Source: an uncultured Planctomycetaceae bacterium (GTDB taxonomy: Bacteria; Planctomycetota; Planctomycetia; Planctomycetales; Planctomycetaceae). Taken from it: a stretch of DNA of 64,000 bases. Under the pieces are notes generated by a model. It saw only the letters and a list, made by a program, of their open reading frames with translations, was not told the origin of the DNA and did not search any database. Below, in pieces: positions 49,997 through 60,608 of the stretch; the stretch's first letter is position 1, and each line of letters starts with the position of its first letter. Both the position numbers and the translations under genes were made by a program. The stretch spans positions 1 to 64,000 of the forward strand of contig CAXBME010000030.1 of NCBI GenBank assembly GCA_963976765.1, in the 5' to 3' direction.

Positions 49997-51442
49997 TTAC
50001 AGATTCTGATGGCAAACCAACTGTCCGGCTTCATCGAGCGACGAAAAGACGCCCGCAGCAACCCCGCCAACGAGTGCCGCTCCAAACGCCGCTTCTTCTC
50101 GATGCTGAGTTACCACAGCCGCTGTGCCGAATCGTCGAGCCACTGCATCGGCCAGTACGGAATTCTCTCGCAGTCCGTTGCCCGCTCCGACCAGCGTCTG
50201 GCGGCTGGTCGATTGACCGGTGATTTCCAGGATCTGGTCGAAGGCATTTCGGTAGTTTTCCGCCATGCCTTCGAGCACTGACCTCGCAAAATTTGCAGGC
50301 GTCAGGTTGCTCGGAGTCAGACCAGCAAACGATCCCGTCTGCATCGGATCCGAACGCGTTCCTGAAAAAGTCGGGACACAACGCAGCCCCTGCGAGTCGG
50401 CAGCGGCCAGCTTCGCGAGTTCCGTCAACCGGTTGTAAAGCGGCTGACCTGCCGCGGCCCCGAAAACGTCAACGCCCAGTTGCCGGACGAAATTCTCAAC
50501 CACCTGAAACGACCAGCCGCCTGTCAGCCCCACGTTCGAAAGCAGGTTGCCCTGAATCGGAAAGGGGCGCAGCTCGACCGGCGGAGTAAAGACGGTCCCC
50601 TCTGTGAACACCGCCACTTGAGCACCGGTCCCAATGTTAAGCAGAACGCAGGAGTGACGATCCGCGACGCTGCCCAGAAAGCTCGCCTGGTGATCACCGA
50701 TCGGCACGGAAACCGGCACGCCAGACAGCGCCCCGTGAATGTCGCTTCGTGAAACGAACCCCGCCGGGCGATCGGCTTCGAAAATTATCGGCAATTGCTC
50801 CCGTCGAAATTCCAACGCGGCCAGAACATCGTCGTCCCAGTCTCGGCTGGCGACATTCATGATCCCGCCGGACGCCGCCACCGAAGGGTCGGTTTGAAGT
50901 TCGCAACCCGTGAGCATCGCAACGAACAGATCCATGACGAAACATGCTCGTCCGTTTGATGGCACCCTGCCCTGCTGCTTCAACCAGAAAAGCGTTGTTC
51001 CAAGAAATCCCGAATTCAGCCGGCATCCCAGCTTCTTCAGTGTGCCATCCCCGCAACGACTTCGAGCTTCCTGCACCCAACTCACGTCACGACCGGGCAC
51101 CAGTTCGTTGCCTCGCTGATCCTGCCAGTTGATTAACGGTGTCAGCGGCTTCAAGTTCTGATCGACCAGCACCATGCCGTGCTGCTGCCCGGTCACTCCG
51201 AGGCTGCAAACCTCATGACCGTCGACGGCGGGCGTCCTGAGAATCTCTATCAGACAATCAAAGCCGCTTCGCAAAACGACCTCGACATCCCACTCCGATC
51301 GCCCGAGTTTGCAGTCTTCGCTCGACGTAACGTGGCCGCCTGTCGGATTCGCAACGGAGGCGACGACATCGCCCGACTCAGCATCGACGGCGATGCAGGT
51401 CGTCTTTGTCGTTCCAAGATCAATCCCCAGCAGCAGCGACAT
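49997..51442 (-). CDS. FGGY carbohydrate kinase, sedoheptulokinase-like
   Basis: GIDLGTT, TGQQHG, WQDQR, GFLGTTLFWL and GDHQAS. Confidence 0.8.
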   Translation of the reverse strand: MSLLLGIDLGTTKTTCIAVDAESGDVVASVANPTGGHVTSSEDCKLGRSEWDVEVVLRSGFDCLIEILRTPAVDGHEVCSLGVTGQQHGMVLVDQNLKPLTPLINWQDQRGNELVPGRDVSWVQEARSRCGDGTLKKLGCRLNSGFLGTTLFWLKQQGRVPSNGRACFVMDLFVAMLTGCELQTDPSVAASGGIMNVASRDWDDDVLAALEFRREQLPIIFEADRPAGFVSRSDIHGALSGVPVSVPIGDHQASFLGSVADRHSCVLLNIGTGAQVAVFTEGTVFTPPVELRPFPIQGNLLSNVGLTGGWSFQVVENFVRQLGVDVFGAAAGQPLYNRLTELAKLAAADSQGLRCVPTFSGTRSDPMQTGSFAGLTPSNLTPANFARSVLEGMAENYRNAFDQILEITGQSTSRQTLVGAGNGLRENSVLADAVARRFGTAAVVTQHREEAAFGAALVGGVAAGVFSSLDEAGQLVCHQNL

Positions 51443-51503
51443 TTCGCGTCACTCCATCAACAACCGAATGATGAAATTTCAACAGGAGCCACCAACCGAT
51501 GAA

Positions 51504-52877
51504 TCAGTCGAGATACTGAATGCGTTTCTGCATCTCAACATTGAAGCTCTGATATCGCGTTACCAGGTTACCCGGTGAAAACAGATTCGACTTGATGGCT
51601 TCCATGTCTTCGTGCCCGATTGCGTTCTTGAAGATCGGCGCAAAATACTGCCGCCCCAGTTCAGACGGCTGGAACCGCTGCGTGCTGTACAGCGAATGAT
51701 GGACTTCCCGAGCGTGTATGACGCCCCATTGATCTCGCAATTTGTTCGCCGAAAGCTCATCCAGCGTGAAGCCGCCCTCAGCCGACCAGTTCAACGTCGC
51801 GAGATGATTGTTGTGCTCGCGGTCCAGAATTTCGACCGCCTTACCACCAAGCTGAGCTCCATAGAATCGATCGAACAGGATTGGTCGACCGCCACGTTGA
51901 GTGTGACCAATCTTTCGAGTGAACACCGCCGCCTTCGCATTGTCATGCCGTTGATTCTTTCGGAAGTAATCGTCGCCCAGCTCCTGCACAAGGATTTCTC
52001 CGAGTCGTTCGGCGGCTCCGCTGAAGAGAATATTCCCGGCGGGGTCGACACTCTTCGACTTCGCACCAAGCTGCCCTTCGGCGTCCTGCACTCCTTCGCC
52101 GATGACGATCACTGCGTGCTTCTGCATGTCGTAAAGCTCGCGCACGCGACTGATCAGCTTCGGATAATCCAGCTCCACTTCAGGAATCAGAATCATGTCC
52201 GGCTGTCCGTAAGCCGCTCCAAGCGCGATGTATCCGGAGTCTCGGCCCATCACTTCGATGATCGCAATGCGGCGATGACTTTCCGCCGTCGTACGGATCC
52301 GTTCGATGCTCTGCGCGACCACAAACACTGCCGTGGCGTACCCCGGCGTCACATAGTTGACCGTCTCGTCGAGCGACAACGTTTCTCGCGTTGCAACATG
52401 CCGATATCCGTCGTGAATCGAATCGCTTTTGTCCCTGACCCATTCGTTGGGTTCGTCGATGTAGTTCAGACCGAGGTCGTTATCAATTGTTTTCGGAGCC
52501 AGCACGCAGGGAAAGTATTCGCTCAGCGGCTGCATTCCGTTGATCGTCCCATCGCCGCCAATGCAGATCAGCCCGTCAATTTTGAGTCTCTCCATCTTCG
52601 CAGCGACGGACTTCAACAGCTCTTTGTCATTCGCGTCGATGTAAGTTCTCGACGCACCGATGATCGTTCCGCCGAGGCACGGATCCAGTTCCGGAATCGT
52701 CGAAAACAACGGGTTTAACCGCACATGCGGCAGCTTCGGGCTGACCATCCCGCCGAAGCCTTTGATCAGACCGTAGACTTCGATGCCGAGTTCATTGGCC
52801 TGCTGAACAGCCCCAAACAGCGTGGCATTAAGAGCGGGTGTGTCGCCGCCAGCTGTTAGAATCGCAATCCGTTTCAT
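51504..52877 (-). CDS. pfkA: 6-phosphofructokinase family protein
   Basis: TAGGDTPALN, GGDG, PKTIDND, EVMGR and GHTQRGG. Confidence 0.9.
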   Translation of the reverse strand: MKRIAILTAGGDTPALNATLFGAVQQANELGIEVYGLIKGFGGMVSPKLPHVRLNPLFSTIPELDPCLGGTIIGASRTYIDANDKELLKSVAAKMERLKIDGLICIGGDGTINGMQPLSEYFPCVLAPKTIDNDLGLNYIDEPNEWVRDKSDSIHDGYRHVATRETLSLDETVNYVTPGYATAVFVVAQSIERIRTTAESHRRIAIIEVMGRDSGYIALGAAYGQPDMILIPEVELDYPKLISRVRELYDMQKHAVIVIGEGVQDAEGQLGAKSKSVDPAGNILFSGAAERLGEILVQELGDDYFRKNQRHDNAKAAVFTRKIGHTQRGGRPILFDRFYGAQLGGKAVEILDREHNNHLATLNWSAEGGFTLDELSANKLRDQWGVIHAREVHHSLYSTQRFQPSELGRQYFAPIFKNAIGHEDMEAIKSNLFSPGNLVTRYQSFNVEMQKRIQYLD

Positions 52878-53091
52878 CGTGAATCCTTTTCGATTGTTGA
52901 CCACTCGAAATCCTTCGAGCGAAATGAATCATCTTGAGGCGAGCCCGCAAACAATTACCATCCTCGCAGCATTGACAAATCGAGGATGGCTGACGGTAGT
53001 GGCCTTCCGGCTGCGAGTCATATCACAGATGATTCGTCCAGGCTCTCGATATTTTACGAAAAGTGCGGACGACTGATTCGGAGACAGGTAA

Positions 53092-54291
53092 ATGAGATTT
53101 CTGGCTGGATGTATTTGCTCAGCGGTACTCGGCAGTTTCTTCACCGTCTGGACGCTCGACGGGCGGCAATTCGATCAGGGCACCGCTGTCGCGCAGGACC
53201 GAAATGCTCAGACCGGACCGCTGTTCCCACTCGAAGTGCCTCGCCCCGCAAACAAAAACGTCGAACAGTATTTCAACGCCGAAGGGTTAACCGCCGAGGA
53301 AGAAATTAACGTTTCGGTCTACGAGCAGCTTCACAAAAGCGTCGTCAACATCACGACCCGCAGCACCAGGGTGGACTCGTTTTTCTTCACCGAGCAAACG
53401 TCGGAAGGAACCGGATCGGGATCGGTCATTGACCGCTCCGGTCACATCGTCACCAACTGGCACGTCGTCGCCGATGCCAGAAATATTGGAGTGACCCTGT
53501 TCAACGGCAACACCTACGAAGCCCGCGTCGTCGGCTACGACCCGCCTAACGACATCGCCATCATCAAAATCGACGCTCCGGAAGTCGCGCTGTTCCCCAT
53601 CACGATGGGCGACTCCAGCAAGCTGAAAGTCGGCATGAGAGTCCTCGCGATCGGTAACCCGTTCGAGCTGGAAAGAACGCTGACCACCGGCATCGTGTCC
53701 AGCCTGAATCGCTCGATCCAGGTCCAGGAAAACTGGTCGATCAAATCGATTATTCAGATCGACGCGTCGATCAACCCCGGCAATTCAGGTGGCCCGCTGC
53801 TGGATCTGCACGGTCGGCTGATCGGCATTAACACCGCCATCGCCAGCCGCACTGGCCAAAGCGCCGGGGTCGGATTCGCGATTCCCGTTAATCTGGTCTC
53901 ACGAGTCGTTCCCGAGCTGATCACTCATGGTCGAGTCTACCGCGCAGAAATCGGCATACAGAGAGTCTTCGAAACCGAGAATGGTCTGCTCGTCGAACAA
54001 CTGACTCCCAACGGCCCCGCCGAACAGGCCGGCGTCAAAGGTCCGACTCTGCTCCGTCAGCGCCGAGGTCCGTTCGTCTTTGAACGCCTCGACCGCAGCA
54101 CCGCTGACCTGATCGTCGCCGTCGATGGCAAAGCCGTCAAAACAGTCGCTGACTTCCGCGAAGCCATCGAAAGCCTCAAACCCGGCGACACTGTCCAACT
54201 GAGCGTCCTGCGGAAAGACCAGCGCATCGACATCCGAGTCCAGCTCGGCGGAGGCCCCCCCAAACCCAAAGTCCCCGGCACGCGGCTGTAA
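53092..54291 (+). CDS. HtrA/S1C serine protease with PDZ domain
   Basis: TNWHV, DIA, GNSGGP and a C-terminal PDZ. Confidence 0.93.
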   Translation: MRFLAGCICSAVLGSFFTVWTLDGRQFDQGTAVAQDRNAQTGPLFPLEVPRPANKNVEQYFNAEGLTAEEEINVSVYEQLHKSVVNITTRSTRVDSFFFTEQTSEGTGSGSVIDRSGHIVTNWHVVADARNIGVTLFNGNTYEARVVGYDPPNDIAIIKIDAPEVALFPITMGDSSKLKVGMRVLAIGNPFELERTLTTGIVSSLNRSIQVQENWSIKSIIQIDASINPGNSGGPLLDLHGRLIGINTAIASRTGQSAGVGFAIPVNLVSRVVPELITHGRVYRAEIGIQRVFETENGLLVEQLTPNGPAEQAGVKGPTLLRQRRGPFVFERLDRSTADLIVAVDGKAVKTVADFREAIESLKPGDTVQLSVLRKDQRIDIRVQLGGGPPKPKVPGTRL

Positions 54292-54319
54292 GGTGCTGCA
54301 CCAAAACGGCAGTGAAACT

Positions 54320-55327
54320 TTATTCAACACGAATCCAGTTGAGAAACTGGTCATCGTCGACATTCCGACCTGAAATGACGATGACGACATCGCCATCGCC
54401 ATCAAGTGACACCTTCCGAGTTAGCACTGCCGCTGTGGTAATTGCTCCTGACGGCTCAGTACGAAGGCCATGATTTTCGTACAGCCATCTCATCGCCTTC
54501 CGAGTGTCCAGGTCAGGAACCGTCACGGCTCGTGTCACATGTTGCCGAAGAATCGGCCAGTTGTATTCACCGACGTCGTAAGACAGCAGTCCGTCACAAA
54601 TTCCGGTCGGATGTTCCACCCGCAACCGCTTGCCCGATTCAAGTGACTGCTGAAAATCTGCCGCAGTGTCCGGTTCAACGCCGACGATCGCTGCGTTGGG
54701 ATACGCATCAGCAATCGCCAGAGCGTGTCCAGCCATTAGGCCACCGCCACTGACCTGACAGACAAAATGCGAAAGGTCTCGATTTTGTCGTGTCAGCTCA
54801 TGAACAATTTCCAACCCACCGACTCCATTACCGGCGATTACGAAGTTATCGTCGTACGGAGATGCCTGCAGACCATTCTCCTCTTCTGCAATTTTCTGGG
54901 CCAGACGGTCCCGCTCATTCGTCTCGTGATCTCGGGAAATGTCGTACGTTCTGATTTCTGCGCCGAAAGACTGCGTGAGTTCAAACTTTGTCCTCGGAGC
55001 TGTGTCCGGCATGACAACGATTACTCGTTTACCATATCGCATTCCGGCAAAAGCAATGCCGGAAGCAAAGTTCCCCGACGAGTGCGCAGCTACTGGCCTG
55101 TCACCGATCTTTTCAAGGTTGGCAGAGAGCCAATTGAGAGCTCCCAGCAATTTGAAAGAGCCGACCGGCGTCCATCCGTAATCTTTCAACCAGACCTGCC
55201 GCCCAGACGACAGACCGAGCTCTTTTTCCAGCCGATAGGAGCGTATCATCGGTGCCGGAGAAATGTGCTCACGAATCACACTTTCCGCTCGTCGAACATC
55301 ATTAAGTGTGGCTATGGATTCTGGCAT
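54320..55327 (-). CDS. PLP-dependent threonine/serine dehydratase family protein
   Basis: GSFK, SSGN, GGGL, EPSGA and SGRN. Confidence 0.88.
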   Translation of the reverse strand: MPESIATLNDVRRAESVIREHISPAPMIRSYRLEKELGLSSGRQVWLKDYGWTPVGSFKLLGALNWLSANLEKIGDRPVAAHSSGNFASGIAFAGMRYGKRVIVVMPDTAPRTKFELTQSFGAEIRTYDISRDHETNERDRLAQKIAEEENGLQASPYDDNFVIAGNGVGGLEIVHELTRQNRDLSHFVCQVSGGGLMAGHALAIADAYPNAAIVGVEPDTAADFQQSLESGKRLRVEHPTGICDGLLSYDVGEYNWPILRQHVTRAVTVPDLDTRKAMRWLYENHGLRTEPSGAITTAAVLTRKVSLDGDGDVVIVISGRNVDDDQFLNWIRVE

Positions 55328-55506
55328 CTCGCTGATACTCCAATTCCTGACGTGGAATCTCCGAATGACATGATCTGATGGAAACGATTAAAGCCTGTCG
55401 TCGCAAGCAGGCGAGGAATGGTCGGCAGGTTCCTGGTGTGTCCAGGTCTGACAGATGAAAGTTCTCCGGAAAATTGAATCCGCCCGACAGTTTTCTGCAT
55501 GCCCGG

Positions 55507-56952
55507 CTACCGTCCACGATCTATTTCACGCGGATCCCGCAACGGGTCGCCGCTGTCTTCGAGTTTGATCAGGACGGACATCTTTCCGGCGTTGCCGTCG
55601 TTGATTTTGTGCCAGGCGTCGCGGCAGCGGAGGAACAGTTCTCCGTCGGTTTCAGCGGTGAAGGTGCCGTAGGCTCCGAGTTCGAAGGGCTCGCTGAGTT
55701 TGTATTCTTTCGGATCGAAGATCGCTCCAATCAGGCGACCGCTGCCGTCTTCGGATCCGTCGGCGTCGACGAGTTCAGCATCTTCGTCGACCTGCCATTT
55801 TCCAGAGGCGGAGTATTCGTACTTCGTGCTGGCCAGGACTCGGCAGCGCGACGCCTGCCAGCCGGCTTTTGACTGGATGGAACTCGTGAGCTTCCTGGAA
55901 CCACGCGGTGAGATGAACTTCGTTTTCCAGTCCCAGAACACCAGGTCCGCGCGGTAGCCGATGTCGAAGTGTTCGAGGAAGAAGAGGTACTCGAAAGAGA
56001 TTTCTTCGGCCATACCGCCGTAGGTGCCATTAAACGAGGCCCGCTGTCCGGCCAGCATAGCCAGCCCAAGCGGGCGGAATCGGTCCCGGTAGTTCGGATT
56101 GTTTGCCAGCAGGTGACACAGTGCCCATCGCCAGGCGTAGTTCTGCCACGAATCGCCGGTCACCTCATTCGAATTCACGATCTCGTTCAGAGACTTCGGG
56201 GGCGACGAGTGAATGTACCGCACCACATGATCGCCGCAGTTGACGCTGGCGTCGCCTTCTTTCCAGTAGGCGCCCATCTCGGCCATGCCTTCGGAATACC
56301 AGAGCGGTCCCGTTCGCCCGAAAGTCTGTCCGCAGTAAGCATGCACGGCTTCATGCTGAGGCGTTCCGCGATTCGCGTAGGCATAGACAATCGATTTCGC
56401 GTCAAACTGCCGGCCCAGTGATCGCACCGTTGTCGCCGTCACGCCAGCCTTGCCCTGAATGCTCGCCACTCCAACCGGGGCGATCGAATTCGGCGGCCAG
56501 TTGCTCAGATCTTTGACGACGTAGCATTCGATTGTCTTGCGATTCGGCTGTGCCCAGTACGTCGAGATCAGTCTAAGCATCGTCTCCAGTCGTTCGAGCA
56601 AATCCGCCGCGTCTTTGTCGTTCAGATCAGTGTGGAGCAGAAAGTTTCGCGACCGAACGTCTCGGGCAGAAACGCTGGCCGGTTGTGGCTTGTCGTCATC
56701 GACTCTTTTCTGAGCATCTACGGAAGTTGAACTCGTCGTCAGCAGACACAGCATCAAACCAGCAACCAGAATGGAATGTCCGGAACAGATTCGTCGACCA
56801 GGCATCGCAGCGACTCTCCTGACAGAATTGAACAACAGCTTCGTCCCGAAATGATGAGGCAGCAGTACGGCTGAGTAAACGACTCGCCGAACGGTCGACT
56901 TCAGTTTGCCTGATTTTTGGCTCTGAATCCGCGATCGCTGTGCAACCATCAT
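55507..56952 (-). CDS. Exported protein with zincin-like HExxH (DUF1570-like)
   Basis: HEAVH followed by WYSEGMAE; start uncertain, probably downstream. Confidence 0.6.
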   Translation of the reverse strand: MMVAQRSRIQSQKSGKLKSTVRRVVYSAVLLPHHFGTKLLFNSVRRVAAMPGRRICSGHSILVAGLMLCLLTTSSTSVDAQKRVDDDKPQPASVSARDVRSRNFLLHTDLNDKDAADLLERLETMLRLISTYWAQPNRKTIECYVVKDLSNWPPNSIAPVGVASIQGKAGVTATTVRSLGRQFDAKSIVYAYANRGTPQHEAVHAYCGQTFGRTGPLWYSEGMAEMGAYWKEGDASVNCGDHVVRYIHSSPPKSLNEIVNSNEVTGDSWQNYAWRWALCHLLANNPNYRDRFRPLGLAMLAGQRASFNGTYGGMAEEISFEYLFFLEHFDIGYRADLVFWDWKTKFISPRGSRKLTSSIQSKAGWQASRCRVLASTKYEYSASGKWQVDEDAELVDADGSEDGSGRLIGAIFDPKEYKLSEPFELGAYGTFTAETDGELFLRCRDAWHKINDGNAGKMSVLIKLEDSGDPLRDPREIDRGR

Positions 56953-57090
56953 GAATTCGCACTGGGATCAGCATCAGCCCCGCACGTTGCGGTGGAATAC
57001 TGAAAGAACACTGGTCAACGCTGATTGGCACTAACTTTGATTTGTGTCAGATCGGTGACCATCAGTGTTCACGAAATATGAGTGCGGATA

Positions 57091-57501
57091 TCAATCCAGA
57101 AATCGTGCTCGTTCTTCCGGAGTCGGCAGGCGGCAGGTTTCCTTCTGGCCGAACAGGCGATATCGGCTGCGGGCGACGGCTTTGTAGCCGAGGTCGCGGA
57201 TCGGCTTCGGAATCAGCCACAACAGCGTTCCCAGAAGGCTCCAGGCTCCGCCAAGCGTCCAGAAAATTCGGACGATCGCGCTGGAGCGAGTCTGCCATCG
57301 GTCGCCATCGAGAAAGACAACGGTGTCGAGCCTTTGCACGATGCCCCCAGGCAGTGACGCTGTCGCTGTCGAGCCTTGCAGCGGAGCGAAAACTACTCGA
57401 CCGTGACGGTCGTGCTTCAGAACGAAGTCAACAAACCGGTTGCACAGTCCGCAGACGCCGTCAAAAAAAAGAATGGGGTTGGACTCAGCCGCGACTGTCA
57501 T
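57091..57501 (-). CDS. DCC (DUF393) thiol-disulfide oxidoreductase family protein
   Basis: FDGVCGLC, FAPLQ and RYRLFG. Confidence 0.9.
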   Translation of the reverse strand: MTVAAESNPILFFDGVCGLCNRFVDFVLKHDRHGRVVFAPLQGSTATASLPGGIVQRLDTVVFLDGDRWQTRSSAIVRIFWTLGGAWSLLGTLLWLIPKPIRDLGYKAVARSRYRLFGQKETCRLPTPEERARFLD

Positions 57502-57751
57502 GATTTCATTCCTGAGGGTGTGTCACGGTACATTACCGGCTTCGGGGATTCGACTTAACGGGATTTCTCGATCGGATAGCTGGCATACTCGCCGAAACGC
57601 GAACCAGCGGCTCCTGAGTCGGCCAAAACAACAGCTCGATCAGCAATCCGTTTTGCGAGCTGGCCTTGTGGCAGGTAGGCTGTCTTCGCTGGTGGTCGGT
57701 CCGAGCAGTAAGTTTCGGGCCGTTCAATGACTGATTTCGAGGATTCCGACA

Positions 57752-58915
57752 GTGAGTGCAATCGCAACGAATCTGCGACCTCACACAAAGGCAACCAGGC
57801 TGACTCAGCCGGTCGACGCTTCTGAGCCGACAATCCGCGGGCACGATCTGAGAACCACGTTGTCGGCCTGTGCCATTTCGCTGGTGTTGCACGCGTGCCT
57901 GCTGACGGCGTGCGGGCTGGTCTGGTACGCGCTGCCAGATCCCGGCACCGGACTGCCAACCATCGATTCGCTGCTGGCCTCGTCGGATGCCGACAACTCG
58001 GCTGATGGCGAATTGCAGTTTGAGGAGTCGCTCACGTTGTCTGCGGTCACTCCGCCACTGGCCACCGGCGGTCAGTCGATGGCCGAGTACCAAAGCCCGC
58101 TCACCAACCCGGAAGACTCGCTGCTGCCAACCGGCGAGCAGTTCCTGCTCAGTGCCAGCGCGGTCGGCTCTCCGTGGTTGAATGCAAATGTCGGCGGAGC
58201 CACCATCCCGGTTGGCTCCGCCGATGGAACAATCGACGGCCTCGGTTCTGGCGACGGACCAGGTGACTCGACAGGCAGCGACGCAGCGGATTCTTTCTTC
58301 GGGCTTCGACCAATCGGCCGTCGGACAGTGTACGTCCTCGACTGTTCCCGCAGCATGAACCATCCTCACAACACTGAAGCTAAAACCCGCTTCAGACGAA
58401 TGAAGCTCGAACTGATCAAATCGATCCAGGGACTGGGCCCCGAATCGGAATTCTTCCTCATCTTCTTTAACGACTTCGCGATTCCAATGCCGTCACCGGT
58501 TCCCGTCCAGGCTGCTGAGCAACCTAAGCTGAAATTTCTCCACTGGATGAAGGATCTGAAGGCCGACGGAAACACCGAACCGAGACTCGCCCTGCAGCAC
58601 GCGCTACAGCTCCAGCCGGACATCATCTACTTCCTGACGGATGGCAGTTTTACCTACCGGGTCCAGCAGGATCTGCTCAGCCTTCAATCGGGCAGGACCG
58701 AAATTCACACTTTCGCGTTCGACGCGCCGTTCACGGAAAACCAGCGACGGGCCTACAACCGTTTGCTGGATGACGATCGAACGGGTGCTCGCGAGACGGC
58801 GGGATCACGCAGCGCCTACCGCGGACTGGTCGAAGCTTTCAGCGCCCACCACTTCATGAAGCAAATGGCCAAACGCCACGGTGGACGCTTCCGACTGATC
58901 CCGTACGATGGCTGA
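57752..58915 (+). CDS. Membrane-anchored vWA-domain protein
   Basis: TM helix; DCSRSM MIDAS, GNT and FLTDG. Confidence 0.8.
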   Translation: MSAIATNLRPHTKATRLTQPVDASEPTIRGHDLRTTLSACAISLVLHACLLTACGLVWYALPDPGTGLPTIDSLLASSDADNSADGELQFEESLTLSAVTPPLATGGQSMAEYQSPLTNPEDSLLPTGEQFLLSASAVGSPWLNANVGGATIPVGSADGTIDGLGSGDGPGDSTGSDAADSFFGLRPIGRRTVYVLDCSRSMNHPHNTEAKTRFRRMKLELIKSIQGLGPESEFFLIFFNDFAIPMPSPVPVQAAEQPKLKFLHWMKDLKADGNTEPRLALQHALQLQPDIIYFLTDGSFTYRVQQDLLSLQSGRTEIHTFAFDAPFTENQRRAYNRLLDDDRTGARETAGSRSAYRGLVEAFSAHHFMKQMAKRHGGRFRLIPYDG

Positions 58916-59012
58916 AGCAACGCTTCCCGGTCTCTCAACCAGACACCGCAGGGGCGTCTCGATTCACCACCCTTCAATTGCCTCCAGGAATCCTGGTGCG
59001 TCAAGACAGTCG

Positions 59013-59957
59013 CTACGACTTCGCGTCGCGGTCGGCGATGACGGTCAAGTGCTGCTCAACCGACTCGGCCAGTGCCTGCACGTTGTAGCCGCCTTCCAGC
59101 AGGCTGACGCAGCGACCGTTGCAGTATCCGTCCGCAACGTCCAGCACGAGTTTCGTCAACGTCGCAAAATCCTCCGTCTCCAGATCCAGCGAGCCAATCG
59201 GGTCCAGCCGGTGCGCATCGAATCCGGCACTAATGATGACCAGTTCCGGCTGACATTTCTTCGCACTGTCAGCGAGCAGTTGTTCGAACTCGGCCAGGTA
59301 CTGCTGCCGAGGCGTGCCGTATTCAACAGGTAAGTTGAACACGGTCCCCAGTCCCTTGCCGGTGCCGGTCTCTTCGCGAGTTCCACTGCCTGGATAAAAC
59401 GGGAAGCGGTGTGCCGAGAGAAAATAGACCTCGGCATCGTCGTAGAAAATGTCCTGAGTTCCGTTTCCGTGATGCACGTCCCAGTCGACAATTAACACGC
59501 GAGAAAGTTTATGCCTGAAAGTTGCCTGGCGAGCGGCGACAGCCGCATTGTTAAACAGACAAAACCCCATCGGATCATCAGCCAGCGCATGGTGCCCCGG
59601 CGGGCGAGCCAGACAGCAGGCTCGCGTGTGGTCGCCCTTGAGAACTCGATCCACGGCATCGCACGCTGTTCCGGCTGCGCGCAGAGCGACGTCAAACGAC
59701 TTCCGACTGACGACCGTGTCGGCTTCGATTCTGCCTCCGCCGTTCTCCGAAAATTCCCGCACCCGTTCGACGTGACTCGGCGAGTGAACCCGAACAAGCT
59801 GCTCGACACTCGCGGCTGCGATGTCTCCCTGCTCGAATCGGACGGGCAGTTTGGCCGCTTCCAGGTGAGCGGTCACCGCCCGCAGCCGGGCTGCCGATTC
59901 GGGATGCTTCCCCGTTTCATGCTGAAGAAAGACGGGGTCAGTGTAGAGAATCGCCAT
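59013..59957 (-). CDS. Histone deacetylase family protein
   Basis: HPES, RPPGHHA, GFCLFNN, DVHHGNGTQ, SAGFD and LEGGY. Confidence 0.93.
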   Translation of the reverse strand: MAILYTDPVFLQHETGKHPESAARLRAVTAHLEAAKLPVRFEQGDIAAASVEQLVRVHSPSHVERVREFSENGGGRIEADTVVSRKSFDVALRAAGTACDAVDRVLKGDHTRACCLARPPGHHALADDPMGFCLFNNAAVAARQATFRHKLSRVLIVDWDVHHGNGTQDIFYDDAEVYFLSAHRFPFYPGSGTREETGTGKGLGTVFNLPVEYGTPRQQYLAEFEQLLADSAKKCQPELVIISAGFDAHRLDPIGSLDLETEDFATLTKLVLDVADGYCNGRCVSLLEGGYNVQALAESVEQHLTVIADRDAKS

Positions 59958-60040
59958 TCGAGAATCCTTCCGAGCCCTTCTGGCCACACGCTCAGATCGT
60001 CACGTTGAAGCGTGGCTCACCGTCAAGAAAAACTTCCACG

Positions 60041-60075
60041 AAAAAAGGCACTGGTCAGAATTGACCAGCGCCTTT
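60041..60075 (-). terminator. Rho-independent terminator after rplX
   Basis: Minus strand reads AAAGGCGCTGGTCA-ATTC-TGACCAGTGCC followed by T6. Confidence 0.85.
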
Positions 60076-60104
60076 GATTCTTTATCCGAACGAGCCGTCT
60101 GAAG

Positions 60105-60458
60105 CTAACTCTTCTTTGCCCGCGATGCTTTTGGAGGAGAAACCAGTCCGAGTGACGTTCCAGACTTCTTGGCGTATCGCTCTTTGCTGCCGTCATCAAG
60201 GTATCGGTAGCCGACGCGAGTTGGCTTATTGGTCGTTGGATCGATCAACGCCACCTTGCAAACATGCAGCGGCACTTCGATATCCAGACGACCACCCTGC
60301 GGGCTCTGCGGGTGACCGCGTTTGATGTGTTTTCGAGCGACGTTGATGCCCTGAACGGTCACCATCCCCTTCTTAGGGTTTACGTTTGTCACCTGACCTC
60401 GCTTGCCCTTGTCCTCGCCAACAAGAACCTGCACCGTATCTCCATTGCGAATGTACAT
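60105..60458 (-). CDS. rplX: 50S ribosomal protein L24
   Basis: GDTVQVLVGEDKGKRG KOW motif, VQGIN and PTRVGYR; AGGAG RBS before ATG 60458. Confidence 0.93.
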   Translation of the reverse strand: MYIRNGDTVQVLVGEDKGKRGQVTNVNPKKGMVTVQGINVARKHIKRGHPQSPQGGRLDIEVPLHVCKVALIDPTTNKPTRVGYRYLDDGSKERYAKKSGTSLGLVSPPKASRAKKS

Positions 60459-60608
60459 CTTCAACGCTCTCCTCAAACCGATTTTCGGTCTGAATCTGTT
60501 ATTCTGTGTCTGTAACGACGTAAATCCCGGTTCGTCGCCGGCAAAAGTGCGGGGAAGATAGCCAGATTTGCGACGGGAAACAACGCACCGACCGTCGTGA
60601 ACGAAGCG

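Noticed and set aside
51612..52718. Long antisense ORFs (also 25478-26263, 26303-27175, 28089-28859, 39954-40745, 57533-58369, 60597-61415)
   Set aside because: Shadow frames of well-supported genes on the opposite strand in GC-rich DNA; no motifs.
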